This document shows positions 1-8,207 of a DNA stretch of 64,000 nucleotides, piece by piece; the stretch's first letter is position 1; the number at the start of each line of letters is the position of its first letter. The DNA lies in NCBI GenBank assembly GCA_945875865.1, contig CAMCMF010000002.1, forward strand, positions 179-64,178, read 5' to 3'. The translations under genes and the position numbers were made by a program. The DNA is from Rhizobium sp. Q54. Its GTDB lineage: Bacteria > Pseudomonadota > Alphaproteobacteria > Rickettsiales > UBA1997. Below the pieces are notes generated by a model. It searched no databases, had not been told where the DNA came from, and saw nothing but the letters and a program-made list of their open reading frames with translations.

Positions 1-103
1 GAGTCGGTATATGGGGTTCCCCACGACCGTGGGGCGCAGGCCCTCGTGCGTAAAAACAAAATCAATATACCAAGTCGGCTTCTTGAAGCTGATTTGGCAT
101 AAT
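1..103. repeat. Family C structured intergenic repeat, copy 1 (left end cut by window edge)
   Basis: gagtcggtatatggggttccccacgaccgtggggcgcaggcc...gaagctgatttgg matches 13445-13545 and 13584-13684 nearly base for base. It ends 3 nt from the ndk stop codon. Confidence 0.85.
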
Positions 104-526
104 TTACTCAAAAATTTCCAATCCAGCAAAGAAAAACGAAATCTCATTCTTCGCATTTTCCAAACTATCTGATCCGTGAACTGAATTAGCTTCGATTGAA
201 AGAGCAAACTCTTTGCGGATGGTTCCGGCGTCGGCATTTGCTGGATTAGTGGCGCCCATGATTTCGCGATTTTTTGCGACGGCACTTTCGCCTTTTAGCA
301 CTTGGACTACAACTGGACCAGAAGTCATGAACTTCACTAGATCATTGTAGAATGGGCGTTCGCGATGCACAGCGTAAAATTCGCCGGCGATTTTTTCTGA
401 AAGTTGCATTCTTTTTTGTGCAACGATTTTCAAACCAGCTTCTTCAAATTTTGTATTAATTTTTCCAGTAAGGTTTCTGATCGTAGCATCGGGTTTGATG
501 ATCGATAAAGTCATTTCGATAGTCAT
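104..526 (-). CDS. ndk: Nucleoside-diphosphate kinase
   Basis: 140-aa ORF with the SIIKPDA N-terminus and the NSVHGSD active-site His motif. Full-length similarity to alphaproteobacterial Ndk. Confidence 0.97.
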   Translation of the reverse strand: MTIEMTLSIIKPDATIRNLTGKINTKFEEAGLKIVAQKRMQLSEKIAGEFYAVHRERPFYNDLVKFMTSGPVVVQVLKGESAVAKNREIMGATNPANADAGTIRKEFALSIEANSVHGSDSLENAKNEISFFFAGLEIFE

Positions 527-653
527 GATTTTTAATTAATTTGATTTTGAATTGAATGCGATTTCGCTGACAATCTTTCCCATCAAAAATAAAATCAAGT
601 TTCAATCACAAAAAATGTTTGAGTTGTTGGCAAAGCAAATTTAGTTTCTGAAA

Positions 654-766
654 AACCCTCTTTCAAAAAGAGGGTGGCGTCGCGTTAGCGATGACGGGTG
701 ATTTATCTAAAAAAATCCTCCGACCCTTCGACAGGCTCAGGGCCACCTCCTTTTGCAAAGGAGGTT
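654..766. repeat. Family A modular palindromic repeat (RPE-like), copy A1, orientation R'-L'
   Basis: Contains hairpins ccctctttcaaaaagaggg and cctccttttgcaaaggagg plus the core tcctccgaccc. It is the reverse complement of copy A3 (58158-58273). Confidence 0.85.
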
Positions 767-779
767 AAGAAAAATTTAC

Positions 780-1871
780 ATGAACAAAAAAATCCTCTCA
801 CTATTTCTGCTTGGGCTCTTGCTTGCGGCTGGTGGATATTATTTTTTCATCATCACGCCAAAAATCGCCCAGCAAAAAGCCGCGATGCAGACAATGATGG
901 GTAAGTCTCCTGAAGTTAGCATCTTGGTGATAAAAAAAGAACCACTACAAACTTTTCGCGAATTACCAGCGCGTGTTGCCGCTTTTCGTATTTCCGAAGT
1001 TCGTCCACAAATTGAAGGCGTAATCAAAGAACGTAAATTTGAAGAAGGCAGCTTTGTCAAGCAAGGCGATCAGCTTTACCAAATCGATCCCAACGTCTAC
1101 GACATCACTTTAAAAAATACCAAAACTAGCTTCGATCGAATGCGCGCCAGACGCGATCGCTACAAAATTTTATTCAAAGAAGATGCCCTCAGCCAACAGG
1201 AATTTGAGGATAGCGAGGCTGATTTCGCTAAGGCGGAAGCTGATTTCAAACTGGCACAAACTAATTCCAATTACGCCAAAGTTTTAGCGCCGATCAGCGG
1301 TTATGTTGGCAAATCGAATGTCACGGAAGGTGCGCTAGCCACTACCAATCAAACTACCATTCTAACTACAATCACGCAGCTTGATCCGATTTATGTCGAC
1401 ATGATTCAGCCTAGCAAAGAATCAATTAAATCGCCGGCGCAAAAAAATATGGCGGTGAGTTTGTTAGTTGATGATGAAAAATATGAGCATGACGGCGAAT
1501 TAAAATTTGCCGAAAAATTTGCTGATGAAGCCACTGATTCCGTAAGATTGCGCGCCGAAATAAAAAATCCTGACGGCAAACTTATTCCCGGAATGTTCGT
1601 CACTGCGCGGCTACATTTGCCAGTGTTCGATGCCATTACAATTCCACAACGCGCAACAATGCGCGCCGCAAATGGCGAATTATTTGTCTTCATTCTTGAA
1701 AATGGAAATAGCGCCAAACAAAGGCCAATCAAGGTTAGCCAAGCCATTGATAATCGCTGGATTGTTGTTGAAGGCTTGGCGGAAGGCGAAATTTTAATTT
1801 ACGAAGGCCTACAAAAAATAACCGACGGAGCGAAAGTTACTGTGGCTCCAAAAATCGAAAAAGGGGTCTGA
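780..1871 (+). CDS. RND efflux pump membrane-fusion (periplasmic adaptor) protein, AcrA/MexA family
   Basis: N-terminal TM/signal MNKKILSLFLLGLLLAAGG and a coiled-coil plus beta-barrel MFP layout (QIDP..., VLAPISGYVG). It lies directly upstream of the RND pump. The start was moved from 753 to ATG 780 because 753-779 lies inside repeat A1. Confidence 0.9.
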   Translation: MNKKILSLFLLGLLLAAGGYYFFIITPKIAQQKAAMQTMMGKSPEVSILVIKKEPLQTFRELPARVAAFRISEVRPQIEGVIKERKFEEGSFVKQGDQLYQIDPNVYDITLKNTKTSFDRMRARRDRYKILFKEDALSQQEFEDSEADFAKAEADFKLAQTNSNYAKVLAPISGYVGKSNVTEGALATTNQTTILTTITQLDPIYVDMIQPSKESIKSPAQKNMAVSLLVDDEKYEHDGELKFAEKFADEATDSVRLRAEIKNPDGKLIPGMFVTARLHLPVFDAITIPQRATMRAANGELFVFILENGNSAKQRPIKVSQAIDNRWIVVEGLAEGEILIYEGLQKITDGAKVTVAPKIEKGV

Positions 1872-1875
1872 CCCC
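1863..1875. repeat. Family E short palindrome GGGGTCTGACCCC, copy E1
   Basis: Exact 13-nt palindrome. The TGA stop of the MFP gene (1869-1871) sits at its centre. Confidence 0.8.
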
Positions 1876-1911
1876 CAAGGCCGACGCATGAAAATCCAAA
1901 CTCAACCAAAC

Positions 1912-2132
1912 CTCGGTCTAGCTCCCTCTCCCTTGAGGGGAGAGGGTTGGGGTGAGGGTGATGAGCGTAAGCGAAGTTTTGTAAAATTTTACAACAGCTA
2001 CAAAATTTAAAATAATTACCACGTAAAAAGTTTTAATTTTCGTTTTTTAGTTGGCGTAAGTTTTGTAATTCGCTTTACTTATTCACCCTCACCCCAGCCC
2101 TCTCCCCTCAAGGGAGAGGGAGTTTGACCGAG
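1912..2132. mobile_element. MITE-like element with ~47-bp terminal inverted repeats (family D) between the MFP and RND genes
   Basis: Left arm ctcggtctagctccctctcccttgaggggagagggttggggtgagggtga. The right arm is its near-perfect reverse complement (tcaccctcaccccagccctctcccctcaagggagagggagtttgaccgag). AT-rich ~125-bp core with no ORF. caaac is present on both flanks. Confidence 0.6.
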
Positions 2133-2158
2133 TCAAACAAAAAAAATCGAAAAAAATA

Positions 2159-5100
2159 ATGTCCGACTTTTTTATTCAACGACCGATTTTTGCTTGGGTG
2201 ATCTCTATTATCATCATGCTTGCTGGCGCGTTGGCATTGCTTAAAATGCCGGTTGAACAATATCCAAATATCGCGCCGCCTTCAGTTTCAATTTCGACTC
2301 TTCTTCCCGGCGCATCTGCTGAAACTCTGGAAAATAGCGTCACCCAAGTAATCGAGCAAAGCCTTACTGGTATTGACAATTTGCGTTATTTTTTTTCGAG
2401 TTCTGATGCTGATGGCAATGTCACAATCACTCTTACTTTTGAGCCAAAAACTAATCCCGACATCGCGCAAATTCAGGTACAAAACAAGCTGCAAGCCGCG
2501 ATGCCTCTACTGCCGCAAGAAGTTCAGCAGCAAGGTGTTCGAATAAATAAATCCAATAATAATTTTCTGTTGGTGATCGCGCTTTATTCCAAAGATCATT
2601 CCGTCGATCAGGGCGATCTTGGCGACATACTTTTATCTGACGTCAAAGATGCCATCGCGCGCGTCAATGGCGTAGGCAACGTAATTTCCTTCGGCAATCC
2701 AAATGCCATGCGAATTTGGCTCAATCCCAACAAACTTTTCAGCTACGGCATTTCAACCGGCGATATTATTGCCGCAATTCGTGCCCAAAATAATGACGTT
2801 TCCGCTGGCCAACTTGGTGGATTACCCGCGGTAAAAGGTCAGCAGATTAACGCCACGATCACCGCGCAATCGCGCTTACGAAGCGTAGAGCAATTCGAAG
2901 GAGTGATTTTGCGCGTGAATAAAAACGGCTCGCAAGTTCGTTTGCGTGACGTCGCAAAAGTTGAAATCGGCTTACAAAATTACAGCACATTAGCTCGTTA
3001 CAAAGGTCATCCCGCTGCAGGAATGGCGGTAGTTTTAGCTAGTGGTGCCAATGCTTTAGAAACCGCAGCCAATGTGAAGAAAAAAATGGCCGACCTCGCA
3101 AAAACTTTACCAAAAAGCGTCGAATTTGTTTACACTCTTGATTCAACTCCTTTCATCAAACTTTCGATTATCGGCGTAGTTGAAACCTTGCTCATCGCGA
3201 TATTTCTAGTGTTTTTAGTAATGCTACTTTTCCTACAAAATTTCCGCGCCACGCTAATTCCAACCATCGCCGTCCCTGTTGTTTTGCTCGGCACTTTCGC
3301 CATTCTTTTTTCCTGCGGCTTCACCATTAATACTCTGACGATGTTCGCCATTGTGCTAGCGATTGGCTTGCTGGTTGATGACGCGATTGTAGTCGTCGAA
3401 AATGTGGAACGCATCATGCATGAAGAAGGCCTCTCGCCTGTCGAAGCAACAAAAAAATCAATGAAACAAATCACTGGTGCCTTGATTGGAATCGCCGTTG
3501 TTCTCTCCGCCGTATTTGTGCCGATGGCATTTTTCGGCGGCTCGGCTGGCGGAATTTATCGCCAATTTTCCATTACTATTGTTTCGGCAATGGGGCTTTC
3601 AGTTTTAGTAGCCTTGATTCTTTCTCCCTCACTTTGCGCCACCATTTTAAAACCAGCAAAAAAAGATTTTACTCTCACGCAAAATCGCTTCGATCGCGGA
3701 TTAAATGCGCTGCGAAATTTTTACCTCTCAAGCTCTAACAGCGCCATCAATTCCAGCATTCGTTTCATTTTAATTTACGTCGTAATGTGCGGCGGAATCG
3801 TTTTTCTTTTCAGCAAACTTCCCACTTCATTTTTGCCGGTTGAAGATCAAGGCATAATGTATGTGATGCTTAACACGCCAAGTGGATCAACGCTGGAACG
3901 CACCTCAGAAAGTTTGAAAAAAGTTGAAGAATATTTTTTAACCAAAGAAGAAAAAAACGTCGAACATCTTTTTACCGTTGAAGGTTTCAGCTTTATGGGA
4001 CGCGCTCAAAATGCTGGTTTTGGTTTTATCGGATTGAAAGATTGGTCACAAAGAAAAAATCGAGATCAACATGTTGCGGCGATTTCACACCGCGCCATGA
4101 TGTCGCTTGGAGGCTTGAAAGACGCAGTTGCTTTCACATTATTCCCCCCACCAATTCGCGAACTTGGCAATGCTTCAGGATTTGATTTACAACTAATTGA
4201 TCGCACTGGCGTTGGTCACAATGTTTTGATGGCGGCACGCAATCAGCTGCTCGGCGCCGCTGCAAAAAATCCGCTACTGATGGGAGTTCGACCAAATGGT
4301 TTGAGCGATGTCGCGCAATATAAAATCGATGTTGATTACGAAAAAGCTGCGGCGCTAGGCATTTCTCCAGCCGACATTAATCAAACTTTGCAAAGCGCTT
4401 GGGGATCATTTTACGTAAATGATTTTCTTGATAAAACCCGCATCAAAAAAGTTTTCCTTCAAGGCGAAGCTCAGTATCGCATGGCGCCGGAAGATTTGAA
4501 GCAATGGTATGTTCGCAACAAGGATGGAAAAATGGTCTCTTTCGGCAGCTTCTCGACAGCACATTGGACTTTCGGCTCACCAAAGCTGGAGCGCTTCAAC
4601 GGCTTTTCTTCAATCAATATTCAAGGTAGCGCGATTCCTGGCGTAAGCTCTGGCGTTGCGATTGCAGAAATGGAAAAAATGATGGCGGATATTTTGCCCA
4701 AAGGCATGGATTACACTTGGTCGGGAATTTCTTTTGAGGAAAAAGCCAGCGGTTCAAAAACTTTAATTCTTTACGTCATTTCAACGATCGTAGTTTTTTT
4801 ATCGCTCGCTGCACTTTATGAAAGTTGGGCGATTCCTTTTTCAGTGATTTTGGTGGTGCCATTTGGTATTCTCGGCGCCCTACTCTTCTCGCTATTTTTC
4901 GGCATGAATAATGATGTTTATTTCCAAGTCGGTCTTTTAACCACCATTGGACTTTCCGCCAAAAACGCGATTTTAATCGTCGAATTTGCGCGCCGACTTT
5001 ACGATTCTGGCCATGATATTGTTGAAGCCACGATGATTGCCACCAAACAAAGATTTCGTCCCATCATCATGACTTCAATGGCATTTATTTTAGGAATCAC

Positions 5101-5251
5101 TCCACTGGCACTCGCTACTGGCGCTGGTTCTGCAAGTCAAAGAGCAATTGGAATTGGCGTGATGGGCGGCATGATTTTTGCAACTTTCATCGCCACTTTA
5201 TTCGTACCGATGTTTTATGTTTTGGTGATAAAATTGGTGAAAAAATCATGA
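2159..5251 (+). CDS. RND multidrug efflux transporter, AcrB/MexB (HAE1) family
   Basis: 1030 aa. MSDFFIQRPIFAWV N-terminus, a 12-TM RND architecture with two large periplasmic loops, and conserved LLVDDAIVVVEN and AKNAILIVEFA motifs. Confidence 0.96.
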   Translation: MSDFFIQRPIFAWVISIIIMLAGALALLKMPVEQYPNIAPPSVSISTLLPGASAETLENSVTQVIEQSLTGIDNLRYFFSSSDADGNVTITLTFEPKTNPDIAQIQVQNKLQAAMPLLPQEVQQQGVRINKSNNNFLLVIALYSKDHSVDQGDLGDILLSDVKDAIARVNGVGNVISFGNPNAMRIWLNPNKLFSYGISTGDIIAAIRAQNNDVSAGQLGGLPAVKGQQINATITAQSRLRSVEQFEGVILRVNKNGSQVRLRDVAKVEIGLQNYSTLARYKGHPAAGMAVVLASGANALETAANVKKKMADLAKTLPKSVEFVYTLDSTPFIKLSIIGVVETLLIAIFLVFLVMLLFLQNFRATLIPTIAVPVVLLGTFAILFSCGFTINTLTMFAIVLAIGLLVDDAIVVVENVERIMHEEGLSPVEATKKSMKQITGALIGIAVVLSAVFVPMAFFGGSAGGIYRQFSITIVSAMGLSVLVALILSPSLCATILKPAKKDFTLTQNRFDRGLNALRNFYLSSSNSAINSSIRFILIYVVMCGGIVFLFSKLPTSFLPVEDQGIMYVMLNTPSGSTLERTSESLKKVEEYFLTKEEKNVEHLFTVEGFSFMGRAQNAGFGFIGLKDWSQRKNRDQHVAAISHRAMMSLGGLKDAVAFTLFPPPIRELGNASGFDLQLIDRTGVGHNVLMAARNQLLGAAAKNPLLMGVRPNGLSDVAQYKIDVDYEKAAALGISPADINQTLQSAWGSFYVNDFLDKTRIKKVFLQGEAQYRMAPEDLKQWYVRNKDGKMVSFGSFSTAHWTFGSPKLERFNGFSSINIQGSAIPGVSSGVAIAEMEKMMADILPKGMDYTWSGISFEEKASGSKTLILYVISTIVVFLSLAALYESWAIPFSVILVVPFGILGALLFSLFFGMNNDVYFQVGLLTTIGLSAKNAILIVEFARRLYDSGHDIVEATMIATKQRFRPIIMTSMAFILGITPLALATGAGSASQRAIGIGVMGGMIFATFIATLFVPMFYVLVIKLVKKS

Positions 5252-6639
5252 AAAAAATTACCTCACTTCTCATCGCAGTCACTCTGATTTCCTGCACGAT
5301 GGAACCAAAATATCGTAAACCAAAAATCGATTTACCTCTAGCCGAAAATTCAAAAGAAAAAATTAGCCAAATTTCTTGGGACAGATTTTTTCAATCAGAA
5401 GATTTGCAGCGCGTCATTAAAATGGCGCTGGCGAATAATCGCGATCTCAAAACTGCCAATCTCAATGTTGAATCAGTCGAAGCAATTTATGGCGTGACGC
5501 GCTCTAGTCTTTTTCCTTCGATTAGCGCTAATGCTTCCGAAATTAAACAAAAAGCACCCACAGCTTTCAGATCATTTACTCCAAAAAAACAATTCAGAGC
5601 TAACCTCGCTTTCACTTCTTACGAGTTGGATTTTTTCGGACGTTTAAGAAGTTTAAAAAAATCAGTTTTTGAAGATTTATTGGGAAGTAGACAGGCGCGC
5701 AATCTAGTAAAAATCACCGTGATTTCACAAACCGTAAATGCCTACGCGCAATTTTTAGTCGATCGTGAAAATCTCAGAATTGCCGAAGAAAATGTTAAAG
5801 CCTTAGAAGAAAAAACTCGTCTTGTTGAATTGCGCCACAAAGCTGGTTTAGATGCGCCAACAGATTTATTAAATGCGGAAGCAAACACTGAAAATGCTCG
5901 ATTGACTTGCGATAATTACAAAAAATTTGTCGAACAAGACAGCAATGCTTTGATGATTTTAACCGGAAAATTCGATGCTGAATCCTTACCAAAAATTGAT
6001 TCAATTGATGAAATAAAAATTGATGAATCCTTACTGGAATTCACACCTTCAACTTCACTACTTTCACGTCCCGACATCTCACAAGCCGAACATCAATTAA
6101 AAAGTGCCAATGCCGATATTGGCGCCGCTCGTGCCGCTTTTTTTCCAACAATTTCCTTGAGTGGAACTTACGGCTACAGCTCGCGCGAATTAAATAGCAC
6201 GATTGCTCCGGCTTCTAGATCTTGGACGCTTACACCACAAATTTCTTTGCCAATTTTTTCTGGCGGACAAAATATCGCGCGCTTAAAAAACGCTAATGTT
6301 TTGAAACAAATCGAAATCATAAATTACCAACAAGCCATTCACACCGCTTTTGGCGAGGCTTTAGACCAGTTTGCACAAAGAGAAGCTTCTGTGCGACAAT
6401 TAAAATCATCCGACCTAATTTTAAAAATGCGGGAAAAAGGTTTCAAAATTGCTACCGCAAAATATCACCAAGGCGCTTCAAGCTCTCTCGATAAAATCGA
6501 TTCACAATTAACACTGTTTTTAGCCAAGCAAAATCGCAATAATGTTAAAAAAGAATATCTGGTAAACCTCATTACGCTCTACAAAGTGTTGGGCGGAGGA
6601 AATGCAATTGATAAGGAAGAGGAATATTCAATTTTTTAA
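5248..6639 (+). CDS. Outer-membrane efflux lipoprotein, NodT/OprM (OMF) family
   Basis: 463 aa with lipobox LISC and a two-repeat OEP layout. It overlaps the RND stop by 4 bp (operon). Confidence 0.9.
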   Translation: MKKITSLLIAVTLISCTMEPKYRKPKIDLPLAENSKEKISQISWDRFFQSEDLQRVIKMALANNRDLKTANLNVESVEAIYGVTRSSLFPSISANASEIKQKAPTAFRSFTPKKQFRANLAFTSYELDFFGRLRSLKKSVFEDLLGSRQARNLVKITVISQTVNAYAQFLVDRENLRIAEENVKALEEKTRLVELRHKAGLDAPTDLLNAEANTENARLTCDNYKKFVEQDSNALMILTGKFDAESLPKIDSIDEIKIDESLLEFTPSTSLLSRPDISQAEHQLKSANADIGAARAAFFPTISLSGTYGYSSRELNSTIAPASRSWTLTPQISLPIFSGGQNIARLKNANVLKQIEIINYQQAIHTAFGEALDQFAQREASVRQLKSSDLILKMREKGFKIATAKYHQGASSSLDKIDSQLTLFLAKQNRNNVKKEYLVNLITLYKVLGGGNAIDKEEEYSIF

Positions 6640-6642
6640 AAA

Positions 6643-6960
6643 ATGTCAGAAATAAAATTAACCTTCGAAGAAATTTTTGTAATATTAAAACAACGAGCGA
6701 CGACGCTGGGGAAAAATTCCTACACTGCTGATCTCATCAAAGGCGGTGTTGAAAAAATCACTCGCAAAGTTGGCGAAGAAGCGGTTGAAGTTGTAATCGC
6801 GGCTTTTCTAAATGATAAAAATCGCAATCAAAAAACTCGCGAAGATTTAGCGGGAGAAGTTTGTGATTTATTTTACCACACTCTAGTTTTACTGATCTCA
6901 CAAAATATTGAACTTGATGAAATTTTGAGTGAATTAACCAAAAGAAATAACAGGAAATGA
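6643..6960 (+). CDS. hisE: Phosphoribosyl-ATP pyrophosphohydrolase
   Basis: 105 aa. MazG-like HisE motifs: GEEAVEVVIAA and LAGEVCDLFYHTLVLL. Confidence 0.85.
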   Translation: MSEIKLTFEEIFVILKQRATTLGKNSYTADLIKGGVEKITRKVGEEAVEVVIAAFLNDKNRNQKTREDLAGEVCDLFYHTLVLLISQNIELDEILSELTKRNNRK

Positions 6961-7292
6961 ACGGCGTGAACATCTCAGAATCAGCATTAACCAGAATTGC
7001 AGAGATCAGAAGCAAAGCAGAAAATCAGAATAAATTTTTGCGCGTTTCAATTTCTGGCGGCGGTTGCAGCGGCTTTCAATATATTTTCGAGCTAGATGAA
7101 AAGCATCTTGATGACGATATTGAGATCGCCAAAAAAGAAAATTTTATTCTCGCTGTCACCGACGAAACCTCGATGGAATTTTTAAAAAATGCCGAAATCC
7201 AATTCGTAAAAGAACTCGGCGCCTCTTACTTCAAAGTCGTAAATCCCAACGCCGCCAGCAGTTGCGGCTGCGGTTCATCCTTTAGCGTCTAA
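6957..7292 (+). CDS. erpA: Iron-sulfur cluster insertion protein (HesB/IscA/ErpA family)
   Basis: 111 aa. GGGCSGFQY and the C-terminal SCGCGSSF cysteine motif. Confidence 0.88.
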   Translation: MNGVNISESALTRIAEIRSKAENQNKFLRVSISGGGCSGFQYIFELDEKHLDDDIEIAKKENFILAVTDETSMEFLKNAEIQFVKELGASYFKVVNPNAASSCGCGSSFSV

Positions 7293-7302
7293 AACCAAAA
7301 AA

Positions 7303-7314
7303 GGGTCAGACCCC
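7303..7314. repeat. Family E palindrome, copy E2 (variant GGGTCAGACCCC, opposite orientation), terminator-like
   Basis: aaaaaagggtcagaccccttttcg immediately after the erpA stop. A GC stem flanked by an A-tract and a T-tract. Confidence 0.65.
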
Positions 7315-7337
7315 TTTTCGTATTAATTGTTAATTTC

Positions 7338-8201
7338 ATGAAATCCTTCCAAGAAATAATCCTAACTCTCCAAAACTTTTGGGCTGCGCAAGGATGCGCG
7401 ATTTTACAACCAATTGATATTGAAGTTGGCGCTGGCACTCTTCATCCTTCAACAGTTTTAAAAGCATTGGGTAAAAAACCGTGGAATGTTGCTTACGTGC
7501 AACCAAGCAGAAGACCTACCGACGCTAGATACGCGCAGAATCCCAACCGTCTAAGCCACTATTATCAATTTCAAGTTTTACTAAAACCGGCACCAAAAAA
7601 TATCAAAGACCTTTATCTGCAAAGTCTGGAATTAATTGGTCTGAACCCCTCACAAAATGATGTGCGTTTCGTGGAAGATGATTGGGAAAATCCTTCAGTT
7701 GGCGCTTCTGGCTTGGGTTGGGAAATTTGGTTCAATGGCATGGAAGTCAGTCAATTCACTTACATGCAACAAGTTGGCGGCATCGAATGTGAAGTCATTG
7801 CCGGCGAAATTACTTACGGCTTAGAACGCCTCGCCATTCATATTCAGGGCGTTGATTCGATTTTCGAAATTAATTGGAATGGACTTGAAGGCGATAAAAA
7901 AATTTCTTACGGCGATGTTTTTCGTGACAGCGAAATCGAAAATTCCGCTTTTATTCTCGAACATTCCAATCTTGAGACTCTTTTCAAAAATTTTGCTGAA
8001 AATGTTGAACATTCAAAAATTTTAGCGGAAAAGAAATTACCAATTCCTGCTTACGAAATGGCACTTAAAGCCAGTCACTTACTAAATTTACTTGATGCCA
8101 GAGGAGCTATTTCAGTAAATGAAAGAGCTTCTTACCTCACCCAAATTCGCGGACTTGTGAGAGCAGCTTGCGAATTAACTTTAGAAAAAAATCAAAGCTA
8201 A
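7338..8201 (+). CDS. glyQ: Glycine--tRNA ligase alpha subunit
   Basis: 287 aa. [30 protein letters not shown] and [10 protein letters not shown] are typical GlyQ blocks. Confidence 0.97.
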   Translation: MKSFQEIILTLQNFWAAQGCAILQPIDIEVGAGTLHPSTVLKALGKKPWNVAYVQPSRRPTDARYAQNPNRLSHYYQFQVLLKPAPKNIKDLYLQSLELIGLNPSQNDVRFVEDDWENPSVGASGLGWEIWFNGMEVSQFTYMQQVGGIECEVIAGEITYGLERLAIHIQGVDSIFEINWNGLEGDKKISYGDVFRDSEIENSAFILEHSNLETLFKNFAENVEHSKILAEKKLPIPAYEMALKASHLLNLLDARGAISVNERASYLTQIRGLVRAACELTLEKNQS

Positions 8202-8207
8202 AAACAC

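Noticed and set aside
698-904. Track ORF of 68 aa, and the 753-779 N-terminal extension of the MFP gene.
   Set aside because: Both are translations of the family A palindromic repeat (SSDPSTGSGPPPFAKEV...). The MFP signal peptide starts at ATG 780.
3130-3474. Antisense or alternative-frame ORFs inside long genes (for example 3130-3474, 8168-8482, 15307-15717, 27023-27418, 33183-33410, 46549-46822, 49337-49627, 62500-62877).
   Set aside because: Each lies entirely within a gene with strong family support on the other strand or frame. They have low-complexity or skewed composition and no motif.
7338-8201. glyQ is not followed by glyS.
   Set aside because: It is unusual but uninformative from one window; glyS may simply be elsewhere. 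glyQ itself looks intact.
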